Origin: a virus
IMG/VR virus record: IMGVR_UViG_3300010224_000024
DNA length: 41,303 nucleotides
Direction: 5' to 3' (one strand)
Shown here: in pieces, positions 17,417-24,964 of the stretch
Position numbering within the stretch: position 1 is the stretch's first letter
Layout of the letters: the number at the start of each line of letters is the position of its first letter
Translations under genes and position numbers: made by a program
The notes under the pieces: model-generated
The model's database searches: none
Told to the model about the DNA's origin: nothing
What the model saw: only the letters and a program-made list of their open reading frames with translations

Positions 17417-17620
17417 TCACCTTCGGGCTGGACGCAGGCCCTTTGCTGCCGGCCTCAGCTCATACCAGAGCGCGTTGGCTATGTCGTGGCGGCTTTTGCC
17501 TTCCACGAACGTCAAGCTAAACGCCCGCAACCCGCTCGGCTGGTCCGGATCATGCCGGACTATCATGTAACGGCAAACATTGACGCCAGTGCCGAGGTCA
17601 TGTGCAACTTGCATTTTCAT
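17417..17620 (-). CDS. Hypothetical protein (67 aa) between terminase and portal
   Basis: ATG start 9 nt after the terminase stop, with AGGA upstream, followed by its own terminator. No recognisable motif. Confidence 0.45.
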   Translation of the reverse strand: MKMQVAHDLGTGVNVCRYMIVRHDPDQPSGLRAFSLTFVEGKSRHDIANALWYELRPAAKGLRPARR

Positions 17621-17629
17621 ACCTCTATC

Positions 17630-18922
17630 CTAGCCGAACTCCGAGGCAAAAGAGGTGGTGTCGAACTTGATGCCGCCGCCAGGACTGTGGTCGGCGTGGT
17701 GAACTGCGATCAGGCCGAAGGCGTCAGCGCCGTGGCTCGACCAGTCGTGATCGGGGCCAAGGCCAATCCCTCGCGCCTCGTCCTTTTTCTCGTGATACCA
17801 ACCCAACGCGTCCCGCCCCGCTTCCGTTGTGGCGGCGTTGAACCAGATAGAGGGGAACAAGCGACGGGCGGCTTCGATGCGCCTGTTGGCAGCACCGGCG
17901 CCCATGTTCGGAATAACGATGACTTCGAAGCCCGCCTCCCTGAGCGCGCTTTCGTAACTGACCTGGTAGACCTTGTCGTTAGCCGCGCCATCGTGGGGCA
18001 GCACGCACAGGGCCTTTCCGTAGCCCTTGGAGCGCAGCCACTCGACATGAGCGGACAGCGGCTGCCCCACGACTTCGTAGTAATCCAGAATGCGGACTTC
18101 GTGGCCGACAAACTGGGCGATCCAGATGGCGCAGGCATCGGCCTTGGCACCCGTTCCGCCAATGTCCCAGATGGCCCGCAACGTCATCAGTGGGTCGCGT
18201 GACACTCGACCAATGCGCCCCTCGGCCTGAGCCTCGGCGATCTGCTTGGCGTAGTACGCGCCACTAGAGACGGTGACGTAGCCGCCCTCCCAGATATGGT
18301 CGTACTGGTCAGGCTGCATGCGCAGGCAGTCTTGGCGCTCCTGCTCAAGCTCCGCAGTGAACCAAGGATTGTCGCGCCAGTTGGCCTTGACCACCTTTGC
18401 GCCCGTAGGTATTTCAGCCCCCCGGAACATCACATCGACCGGGTCTGTCTTGCGGCGGGCGTTCCAGCTAGCCCAAATCTCCGATCCTGACGCGCGAATG
18501 GTCGGACGGAGCAGGTTCAGGCTGTTGAACGAAATCGTCTGCGCCTCTTCCATCCAGGCGCGCTTGAAGCCCTCAAGCGACTTGATGGACTCGGCCGTGT
18601 GATCCTGCATGCCCTGGAAGGCAATGACGCCATCACCCGGCGTCTGGATCACTTCCGTGTAGACCTTGAAGCCGTCCTTCTCGCCAAGCCCAAGCGACTT
18701 CAGCTTGTTCTCAATCAGGCGCTTGGACGACTGCTTGAGGGTCTTTTGAACTTCTCGGATGCAGACAGACAGCAAGCCCGGTTCATACAGGCTGTCGTCA
18801 ATCAGCTTTTCGGCAAAGAAATGGGACTTGCCGGAGCCTCGACCACCCCATGCTCCCTTGTAGCGCGATGGCGGCAGTAGCGGCTCAAAGACCGCCGCCG
18901 TCTCGATCTGTAGGGTGGACAA
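17630..18922 (-). CDS. terL: Terminase large subunit (PBSX/Terminase_3-like)
   Basis: Walker A motif GAWGGRGSGKSHF, a 430-aa length, and position downstream of the small subunit. The start is apparently TTG and overlaps the end of terS. Confidence 0.9.
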   Translation of the reverse strand: MSTLQIETAAVFEPLLPPSRYKGAWGGRGSGKSHFFAEKLIDDSLYEPGLLSVCIREVQKTLKQSSKRLIENKLKSLGLGEKDGFKVYTEVIQTPGDGVIAFQGMQDHTAESIKSLEGFKRAWMEEAQTISFNSLNLLRPTIRASGSEIWASWNARRKTDPVDVMFRGAEIPTGAKVVKANWRDNPWFTAELEQERQDCLRMQPDQYDHIWEGGYVTVSSGAYYAKQIAEAQAEGRIGRVSRDPLMTLRAIWDIGGTGAKADACAIWIAQFVGHEVRILDYYEVVGQPLSAHVEWLRSKGYGKALCVLPHDGAANDKVYQVSYESALREAGFEVIVIPNMGAGAANRRIEAARRLFPSIWFNAATTEAGRDALGWYHEKKDEARGIGLGPDHDWSSHGADAFGLIAVHHADHSPGGGIKFDTTSFASEFG

Positions 18923-19271
18923 TGCGGCGCTCGATGGCAGTAATGGTGACAGGCTGATCGGGGTCGCCCGTCAGCTTCGTTTCCGTCTTGTCGGACCAGC
19001 CTTGGTTCTTCAGCCAGAAGATCGTGCCGGCCGCGTTAGGGCCAGCAAGCCTCGACTCCCAGTGATCCTCAAGCCGCGCCCTGACGGCTTTTACCGCGTC
19101 AGAAAACCCTTCCTTTTCGCCGTAGCGCAGCAGGGTTTCTCGGGTCATGCCGAGGGCCAGAGCTAGACCATTGACGGTGAACGGCTTGTCCTTGGCCTCC
19201 CTGTCGGCAAAGTACCTCTCCGCTACCTCGGTGAACTCTTCCGGGGTATCGAAGATCGGTGGGCGGGCCAT
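18885..19271 (-). CDS. terS: Terminase small subunit
   Basis: MARPPIFDTPEEFTEVAERYFADREAKDKPFTVNGLALALGMTRETLLRYGE is a typical HTH-type small-terminase N-terminus. Confidence 0.85.
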   Translation of the reverse strand: MARPPIFDTPEEFTEVAERYFADREAKDKPFTVNGLALALGMTRETLLRYGEKEGFSDAVKAVRARLEDHWESRLAGPNAAGTIFWLKNQGWSDKTETKLTGDPDQPVTITAIERRIVHPTDRDGGGL

Positions 19272-19272
19272 A

Positions 19273-19569
19273 TCACGCAGTCAGGTTCGTGTAAGGCGCG
19301 CAGCTCACATCCACCACGCGCACAGCAGAAAGCGCCTCGCCATTGGCAAGGGTCACGGTGTTCTCAAGGCATCCGTCACAGGTCGGGGCAAGCTTGACCG
19401 TGGCCGTCGTGCCGCTCAGCGAAGCGCCAGAGAGCGTCCCTGCTCCCGAATACGTCCATGTACTGGCGCTAACGGTGGTGGCCCGCTTTTCAGCCTCTGC
19501 GGCCCACTTGTTGGTGACGATGAGGGTTTCCCCGTTCATCGCCTGAATGTCTTTAAGGCGCTTGCTCAT
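19273..19569 (-). CDS. Hypothetical protein (98 aa)
   Basis: ATG ORF packed tightly between the lysis genes and terS. Confidence 0.55.
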   Translation of the reverse strand: MSKRLKDIQAMNGETLIVTNKWAAEAEKRATTVSASTWTYSGAGTLSGASLSGTTATVKLAPTCDGCLENTVTLANGEALSAVRVVDVSCAPYTNLTA

Positions 19570-19771
19570 CAGGACTGTCCTTGTCCTCAGGCTTCTGCGC
19601 CTGTCCGAAGGTTCGTTCCCAGTTGTCGGAGAACGTCTTGGGGTCCACGGTAAAAGGTCTAGGGGCTGAGCCCTTACCGCCGTCGCTCATTGCTTCCGGG
19701 GCCTTAAAGCTCTTCCACATGGCGGTTACTACCGCGACAAGGCACTCGCCCCATACGCCACCGAAGATCAT
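19553..19771 (-). CDS. Small membrane protein (72 aa) at the end of the lysis cassette
   Basis: The ATG at 19771 overlaps the Rz stop (ATGA). The N-terminal hydrophobic segment is MIFGGVWGECLVAVVTAMW. Confidence 0.55.
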   Translation of the reverse strand: MIFGGVWGECLVAVVTAMWKSFKAPEAMSDGGKGSAPRPFTVDPKTFSDNWERTFGQAQKPEDKDSPDEQAP

Positions 19772-20244
19772 TGCCTCTCCACCCTCAAGACTTCTTGGAG
19801 TCGCCGGATTTGATCGTCCTGTCGCTGGACGATGGGGTAGCTGGCTCGAAAAAGATCGAGCGCAACTCCTGCGCACCCGTTGGCGGTTGCATCAGATTGG
19901 CTGGCACGGGTTGCAGCCTCATTGGCGAGGCGCTGTGTTGCCCACTGGTCGCGCAGCCGCAGATTGCCAGCGCGCAGCTCAGCGATAACGCCATCAGCCT
20001 TAGCTTTCGCATGCTTCTTGTCCTGTTCGTACTGTTGGGCGATGGCCTGGAATTGCTCGGCTTGGGCGTGTTCGGCTGCCCTAGCCTTCTCCGATGCCTT
20101 CAGACTGGCGTCCAGTTGGGCTGCTCGCGATTCGGCCTGATGCTGACGATCAGCGGAAACAGCCAAAGCCCCACGAAAGTGCATGGCGAACATCACCGCC
20201 GTGACCGCCAGCAAGGCCAACGCAGCGAGCAGGTACTTGGTCAC
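19768..20244 (-). CDS. Rz: i-spanin (Rz-like)
   Basis: N-terminal TM segment, a coiled-coil body and the Rz-family motif AELRAGNLRLRDQW. An embedded lipoprotein ORF lies in another frame. Confidence 0.85.
   Translation of the reverse strand: MTKYLLAALALLAVTAVMFAMHFRGALAVSADRQHQAESRAAQLDASLKASEKARAAEHAQAEQFQAIAQQYEQDKKHAKAKADGVIAELRAGNLRLRDQWATQRLANEAATRASQSDATANGCAGVALDLFRASYPIVQRQDDQIRRLQEVLRVERQ
19785..20012 (-). CDS. Rz1: o-spanin (Rz1-like lipoprotein) embedded within Rz
   Basis: Lies wholly inside Rz in a different frame. It has a signal peptide and lipobox (LSLSCALAICGC) and a Pro-rich mature part. Confidence 0.75.
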   Translation of the reverse strand: MRKLRLMALSLSCALAICGCATSGQHSASPMRLQPVPANLMQPPTGAQELRSIFFEPATPSSSDRTIKSGDSKKS

Positions 20245-20582
20245 GCTTCAGCCGGAACGGCGATGTGGTTATCCCGCAGAATCCCTTCCAGCTGGCGCAC
20301 GCGGTCGCGCAGCTTGGAGCTAGCCATCTTCTCGGCCTGTAGCTCGTCCCACAGCTTGCTGTACTTGGTTTCCAGGGACTCAACGCGCTCGATCAGTTGC
20401 TTCACCTGAGCGGCGGCAGCATCGGTCACCGTGGCATCGGCCTTGTACTCACTTACGGCAGCATCGGTAGCCGCCTGAGCCTTGGTGCGGTCGTTACGTC
20501 CCTGGATGAACTGCCAGACGTTGCCGACAAACGCCAACCCAGCCACCAGCCATGCTGGCAGCTCTGTCCCTGATTCGATCAT
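20241..20582 (-). CDS. Holin-like / lysis-associated membrane protein (single N-terminal TM plus coiled coil)
   Basis: It has the TM segment LPAWLVAGLAFVGNVWQFI. It lies between endolysin and Rz, with overlaps on both sides. Confidence 0.55.
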   Translation of the reverse strand: MIESGTELPAWLVAGLAFVGNVWQFIQGRNDRTKAQAATDAAVSEYKADATVTDAAAAQVKQLIERVESLETKYSKLWDELQAEKMASSKLRDRVRQLEGILRDNHIAVPAEA

Positions 20583-21013
20583 TACGCCACCGCCTCAAAC
20601 AATGCTTTCTCGGCAGTGCGCCGCTTGGTCAAGCCAGCTACTTGCTGGCCGTTGTCGTGATCCCAGCGCAAGAACTCAGCCGCCGCACCTTCGTAGTCGC
20701 CAGCGTTGAGCTTCTTGAGCAAGGTGGAGTGCATCAGGGCATTAGCCCCGCAGTTGAAGGCGAACACCACCAGCGCATCGAACTGGCACTGGCTCACGGG
20801 AACCTTAACCATGCCGTTGACCGCATGGACCGTGGCCGCTACATCCGCCTTCAGGAACGCTTCGGCCTGAGCCTGCGTGATGGTGTCGCCCATCCGCACG
20901 CCAGCGGTATGGCCGCAGCCAATGGTGGGCACGCCGCCGCCATCCCGATACGCCTCCAGCCTGCATCCCTCAAAGTGACGGATGAGGTCTAGGCCGCGCT
21001 CGGAGATGTTCAC
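20582..21013 (-). CDS. Endolysin, GH24 lysozyme (T4/lambda R-like)
   Basis: MNISERGLDLIRHFEGCRLEAYRDGGGVPTIGCGHT carries the catalytic E-x8-D-x5-T pattern of the phage lysozyme family. Confidence 0.9.
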   Translation of the reverse strand: MNISERGLDLIRHFEGCRLEAYRDGGGVPTIGCGHTAGVRMGDTITQAQAEAFLKADVAATVHAVNGMVKVPVSQCQFDALVVFAFNCGANALMHSTLLKKLNAGDYEGAAAEFLRWDHDNGQQVAGLTKRRTAEKALFEAVA

Positions 21014-21444
21014 TTGCGTGCCTTCCGAACAGTGGGCCGCACGCTATCGACGCCGCACCCGGTTGAGTTGTCGCGGGTTGCCGCGTATTCGATGGCCTCA
21101 GCAGCCGTTTTGCCGTGATCCATGGCGGCAGTAGCCCAAGCCCAGCCGGAACCGATGGCGATGCGCTCAGAGGCGGAACACGGGATTTCCGAGCCGTTCT
21201 CCCACACGGTTACGTGCCCATGGACGATGGCGATAGCGCCGAAGTCGTCCAGGTCAGGAGCCTTGCCCTTCTTGCCGCCTTGCACCCACTTCAGGAAGCG
21301 GGCGATCTGCTCGACGCTACCGGCGCAGGCTATGTAGCCGCCCGGTATCTCGCGGAGCTTCGGGGCCGCCCGCCATACGGCACCCTGAGAACTGGTCTTG
21401 CGGTCAGCGGCCAACGTCTTGCCGTCATAGGCAATCGTGGTCAC
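21010..21444 (-). CDS. Proteasome beta-subunit / HslV-like Ntn hydrolase
   Basis: The N-terminus MTTIAYDGKTLAADRKTSSQG matches the T1 nucleophile signature TT-x-(n)-DG-x-x-LAAD-x-[RK]-x-[ST]. A candidate Lys33 equivalent is PKLREI. A C-terminal IAIGSGWAWATAAM...A...RD..TG block is also present. Confidence 0.7.
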   Translation of the reverse strand: MTTIAYDGKTLAADRKTSSQGAVWRAAPKLREIPGGYIACAGSVEQIARFLKWVQGGKKGKAPDLDDFGAIAIVHGHVTVWENGSEIPCSASERIAIGSGWAWATAAMDHGKTAAEAIEYAATRDNSTGCGVDSVRPTVRKARK

Positions 21445-21683
21445 TTGATCGGCCTTATGTCTGCCTTTCCCTCAGCGGCCAATAGGTCGCCAAGCTTTAC
21501 CTCGCCCTTGCCCGAGACACAGGCGTAGACCGTGCCGTCCAACAGCGTCAGGGATTCGATCTTGAGCCGCTTGGCCAGCGCAAAGGCATTGGCGAACCAC
21601 GCCTCACCCTCACGGACGAACACCTCCGTTTCGCCGTATTCGTCATCCGGCGTGGAGGGTTCGTCACTCATCAGGCTCACCAA
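21441..21683 (-). CDS. Hypothetical acidic protein (76-80 aa) coupled to the Ntn hydrolase gene
   Basis: ATGA overlap with the downstream gene. The likely ATG at 21671 gives MSDEPSTPDDEYGETE.... Confidence 0.6.
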   Translation of the reverse strand: MVSLMSDEPSTPDDEYGETEVFVREGEAWFANAFALAKRLKIESLTLLDGTVYACVSGKGEVKLGDLLAAEGKADIRPIK

Positions 21684-21744
21684 AGAACGGGGACAGCGCA
21701 GACGCCAGCATCACCAGCAGCCAGATTAGGCGGGCTAGGAGCAT
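21664..21744 (-). CDS. Possible 26-aa hydrophobic peptide (MLLARLIWLLVMLASALSPFFGEPDE)
   Basis: ATG at 21744; its end overlaps the start of the next ORF by 8 nt. The upstream part of the 117-aa track ORF looks non-coding. Tentative. Confidence 0.3.
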   Translation of the reverse strand: MLLARLIWLLVMLASALSPFFGEPDE

Positions 21745-21961
21745 GGCGGTCTCGGTTGGATAGTTGCCGCTGTGCGTCGCGGCCGGGTTGGGACCCGTAA
21801 CGTTGCCCGTGCAAGGCAGAGCGTCCCTTACGCTTGGATGTTCCTCACCCAAGAAGGCCGCTTCGGCTTGCACACCTACAGCGGGACTCGGTTGCCGCCC
21901 GGTTCTGGCTTGCCGGGTCTTGCGTGACCAATGGGAGTGACGGTAGAGGCTGGGCGGCAGA

Positions 21962-22570
21962 TCAAAGGGTGTCGCTGTCCCGGCTGGGCGCGCGGTGGAA
22001 ATTTCCATCCCCACCACGGCTCAGCTCGTTTTCCGAAGGAACAGCACCCCTTACCCTCAGTGTCCCACGCTGAATCTGCGAACCGCATCGACGTTCATAA
22101 AATGCCACTTGCCGGAAGGCGATGCCGTACCGCTCCCAATACTCCGAAAGGCTCTTGGCGAGACGGCGGCAGATGGCGTTGCGCAGGCGTCGGTAGGTGT
22201 TCCGATGCACTCCCAGGTCGTCCGCTAGAACCGTGTAAGGCGCAATCTCCCTGTTGAAGATGAGCATGTACAGGGCATCCCATCCGGCCACGCAGGCAAG
22301 CTCGTCGCTGTACACCTCACGCTTCACGCCACCATCCATGCAGTAGGCGATGGCGAAGGCTACGACCCACTGGCGCAGCATTGGAAGGTGGCAGGAGTCG
22401 CCGCAGTAGGCGGTTCGGGCTAGCTCCCAATTAGGAAATCCATTGCGCCAATCCGTTCGCACCATCCGGTCGGCGTCGATATGGGTTGCGGTGACGCCGC
22501 ACACCATGGCCGTATCGAAGTCATGGCCGCGCACGTCGTAGTCGCCAACTTCTTTCAGCAGCGCGTTCAT
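21962..22570 (-). CDS. Putative late-gene regulator at the Q position (HTH-containing)
   Basis: It is the last early-right gene before a ~220-bp non-coding leader and the lysis and morphogenesis genes. It has an HTH-like segment LADDLGVHRNTYRRLRNAICRRLAKSL. No confident family assignment. Confidence 0.5.
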   Translation of the reverse strand: MNALLKEVGDYDVRGHDFDTAMVCGVTATHIDADRMVRTDWRNGFPNWELARTAYCGDSCHLPMLRQWVVAFAIAYCMDGGVKREVYSDELACVAGWDALYMLIFNREIAPYTVLADDLGVHRNTYRRLRNAICRRLAKSLSEYWERYGIAFRQVAFYERRCGSQIQRGTLRVRGAVPSENELSRGGDGNFHRAPSRDSDTL

Positions 22571-23184
22571 GCGGCAGCCCTTCCGTCTCGGTAGCTAAGC
22601 AGGGAGAAAATGGCCTCTTGGCCGGTGATTTCGCCCACCACCACGGCAAGCTCTCGGGCGATGGACTCCGCGCCTTCGCGCCCGCACTGGCCCACGTCGA
22701 TCCACTCACCTCGGCGCTTGTGGTCGGCGTAGCTACGCAACATGGCTAGCTCAGCCTGTCGGGCTACGGCGCGGCTCGGAATCTTCGTGGTGAACACCCA
22801 CAGGCAATCCAACGGGTTCCCGGTGGCGATGTTGTAAAGCCGCTGCTCCGGGTGGCCGGTCATGCCAACCTTCAGGAAGTTGGCGATACCCCGCAGACCG
22901 TAGAAGCCCAAGTAGCAGTAACAGGGGCCAATCCGCATGGCGGCGACTTCCCGTGCCGCCTCTTGGGTCGTCGGCATCGTCTCCAACGCCTGACGGATGG
23001 CGTATTGCCTGATCTTGTCGTGGTCGCCATCGGGGTTCTGGAATATCAGCGTCTCGATCAGCCGCTCCGCATAGAGGCGTTGATTGCCGTCCAACCCCTC
23101 AATCGTCAGACGCTCACCCTCGTCTAGGGCTTCCAGGTAGATCGGGGAGGCGAAGGAGTCGCGCTGCTCAACGAGGAATGTCAT
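22567..23184 (-). CDS. T5orf172 (MUG113, GIY-YIG-like) domain protein, copy A
   Basis: The likely start is the ATG at 23184 (MTFLVEQRD...). The C-terminal half, CYCYLGFYG...LKVGMTGHPEQRLYNIATGNPL...GEWIDV, matches the T5orf172 pattern. Confidence 0.7.
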   Translation of the reverse strand: MTFLVEQRDSFASPIYLEALDEGERLTIEGLDGNQRLYAERLIETLIFQNPDGDHDKIRQYAIRQALETMPTTQEAAREVAAMRIGPCYCYLGFYGLRGIANFLKVGMTGHPEQRLYNIATGNPLDCLWVFTTKIPSRAVARQAELAMLRSYADHKRRGEWIDVGQCGREGAESIARELAVVVGEITGQEAIFSLLSYRDGRAAA

Positions 23185-23224
23185 GCCGACACCTCGCCTA
23201 CGGCCTGGGGGATGGTGGCGGTGG

Positions 23225-23362
23225 TCATGCCTTGCGATCCTTGAGCGCCGCAATCACGAGTGACGCAGCAAGCCAAACTGATGCGTCGGCGGTGTTCTGA
23301 CTGCCAACCAGCCACAACACGCCGAGTACGAGGCACCAAAGTTGGATCAGCCCAGTCCTCAT
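23225..23362 (-). CDS. Small two-TM membrane protein (45 aa, read by hand)
   Basis: ATGA overlap with the exonuclease stop. Translation is MRTGLIQLWCLVLGVLWLVGSQNTADASVWLAASLVIAALKDRKA. Confidence 0.45.
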   Translation of the reverse strand: MRTGLIQLWCLVLGVLWLVGSQNTADASVWLAASLVIAALKDRKA

Positions 23363-24099
23363 GCCGCAGCCTCCACATAGCTAGCCCGCCCCGGCTCGCA
23401 GTCCGTCGAACGGAACCACGTACCGCAGTCGCGACACTGCATTCGCGCATACCGCCGCGTGGTCGTGACTGCGTAGCCCCGGCGCTGGTGTTTCTCGCTG
23501 CCGCACTTCGGGCAGACGTGCGCCTCGCCGTAGTTGTTGCGGTTGGGGTGGTTGGCGACCCACGGCAGCAGGCGGTCGTAGACCTTCTCAAGCAGCAGCA
23601 CGTCCTGCTTGTTGTAAGCCTCCATCACCTTCCAGGACTCATCGTCCCGGTTCATGCAGCCCAACCACAGCTCATGCCCCTTGTGGGCAAGCTTCTTGCC
23701 AAGGCCAAGCTGCTGGGCGACGAAATCGAGCTTGTTGGAGGCCAGCCGGAACCTAGAGCGGGCGGTCCGCAGCAGGTCGATTTGCTTGTACGGCGCGGGC
23801 GGGTTCAGGCCGTGCAGCAGGAATTCCTTGTTCAACGTTGGAATGTCGAACTTGGTCCCGTTGTAGTGCACCACCGCGTCAGCCTCGGCCAGCAGCTTGT
23901 GCACGCGTCCGATCATGCGCTTTTGGCTCGACGCCTTGATGCTGTCGAACATGACTTCCCGCTCGTCATGCCATTTGGCAGCCCAGCACAGCGTGTAGCC
24001 GGTCTCGATGATCTGGTTGATGGCGACGTTTTGTTGCCACAAGCCCCACACGGTGGCGAGGTGCGGCGCGGTTTCGATATCAAGCAGCAGGATGCGCAT
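23359..24099 (-). CDS. DEDDy 3'-5' exonuclease (PolB-exonuclease-like, RNase H fold) with a C-terminal zinc ribbon
   Basis: The likely start is the ATG at 24099 (MRILLLDIETAP = ExoI). ExoII is HYNGTKFDIPTL and ExoIII is YNKQDV. The zinc ribbon is CPKCG...CRDCG. Confidence 0.8.
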   Translation of the reverse strand: MRILLLDIETAPHLATVWGLWQQNVAINQIIETGYTLCWAAKWHDEREVMFDSIKASSQKRMIGRVHKLLAEADAVVHYNGTKFDIPTLNKEFLLHGLNPPAPYKQIDLLRTARSRFRLASNKLDFVAQQLGLGKKLAHKGHELWLGCMNRDDESWKVMEAYNKQDVLLLEKVYDRLLPWVANHPNRNNYGEAHVCPKCGSEKHQRRGYAVTTTRRYARMQCRDCGTWFRSTDCEPGRASYVEAAA

Positions 24100-24100
24100 G

Positions 24101-24301
24101 TCAGAACGCCTTGGCGATGGCTGCGAGAAGCAGCACAAAGGCCACGATGCCGAGAACGATCGCCAAGGGAATCCACAGGGGCGACAGCACCCACAGCCAT
24201 GACCACGCGATGTAGCCGGTCAGCTTCAGCCCGATGAACAGGACGGCCAGCAGTCCGCCAAAGCCGATGCCCTGAACCTTCACTTCAGTCTTTTTGCTCA
24301 C
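24101..24301 (-). CDS. Small multi-TM membrane protein (66 aa)
   Basis: GIGFGGLLAVLFIGLKLTGYIAWSWLWVLSPLWIPLAIVLGIVAFVLLLAAI is almost entirely hydrophobic. Confidence 0.65.
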   Translation of the reverse strand: MSKKTEVKVQGIGFGGLLAVLFIGLKLTGYIAWSWLWVLSPLWIPLAIVLGIVAFVLLLAAIAKAF

Positions 24302-24642
24302 AGCCGATCCTCCGCACCACTAAGGCGCTCGTCGTGGTCACGGATAGCTTCGGCGTTCATGGGGTGCGCCCCTACCCGTTGCGGGCAGGTTTCTACCCAC
24401 CTCGGGTCCCACTTTGGGACTCGCTCAGGCTCAGGCTTTGAAGGCTTCGGCTCCGAAACTTTCAAAGCCTCATCGACAAGCAGCAGCGCGTGGTGAAGGT
24501 AGTGCCGCGCCGTCCGCAGCTTGCGCTCGGACTCGGACATCTCAGGGGTGGACCGATACGCGCCCGTAGGCTGCTGCGGATTGCGAGGAATGCTCGGCTT
24601 GAGTTGTGGGTCTTGGCCGTATGGCGGGAAGCTCGCGTGCAT
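24298..24642 (-). CDS. Hypothetical protein (114 aa)
   Basis: The likely ATG at 24642 has AGAGGA 7 nt upstream. The track ORF extends further but overlaps the upstream gene. Confidence 0.5.
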   Translation of the reverse strand: MHASFPPYGQDPQLKPSIPRNPQQPTGAYRSTPEMSESERKLRTARHYLHHALLLVDEALKVSEPKPSKPEPERVPKWDPRWVETCPQRVGAHPMNAEAIRDHDERLSGAEDRL

Positions 24643-24671
24643 CAACCGATCCTCTTGGGGTCGGTTATCAG

Positions 24672-24962
24672 TTAAGCGGCTTCCGTGTCCATGACGTAGG
24701 GGGAAAACTTGGACAGCACATCGTGGACATGCGACTTGCTGCAACCAACCTTTCGCGCGATCTGCCGGATGCTTACGCCTTCGCTTCGCAAGCGGTGAAT
24801 CTCACCCTCATCAACCGGCACGGATTGACGAAGCAGGGGAATGTAGAGGTATTCCCCTCCTGCCAGTGAGGCCAGGGCAGCGAGGTATTCGGTACGCTCC
24901 GCGTCGGTCGGCGGTCGGCCTATCGTCTTTGCCAGGGCCATCACTAGCAGCGCGCGGCTCAT
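24672..24962 (-). CDS. Small HTH DNA-binding protein (resolvase/Hin-type HTH)
   Basis: The C-terminal segment EIHRLRSEGVSIRQIARKVGCSKSHVHDVL is an HTH_7-like motif. Confidence 0.6.
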   Translation of the reverse strand: MSRALLVMALAKTIGRPPTDAERTEYLAALASLAGGEYLYIPLLRQSVPVDEGEIHRLRSEGVSIRQIARKVGCSKSHVHDVLSKFSPYVMDTEAA

Positions 24963-24964
24963 GG

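Noticed and set aside
18885-18922. The 38-nt terS/terL overlap as a programmed frameshift site
   Set aside because: No slippery heptamer is evident. The overlap is explained by a TTG start for terL, and there is no alternative ATG or GTG in frame nearby.
21664-22017. The 117-aa minus-strand ORF covering the Q-to-lysis intergenic region
   Set aside because: The first ~90 codons are Arg/Pro/Thr/Gly-rich, have no RBS and overlap the end of the Q-position gene. Only the terminal 26 hydrophobic codons, which have their own ATG, look potentially real.
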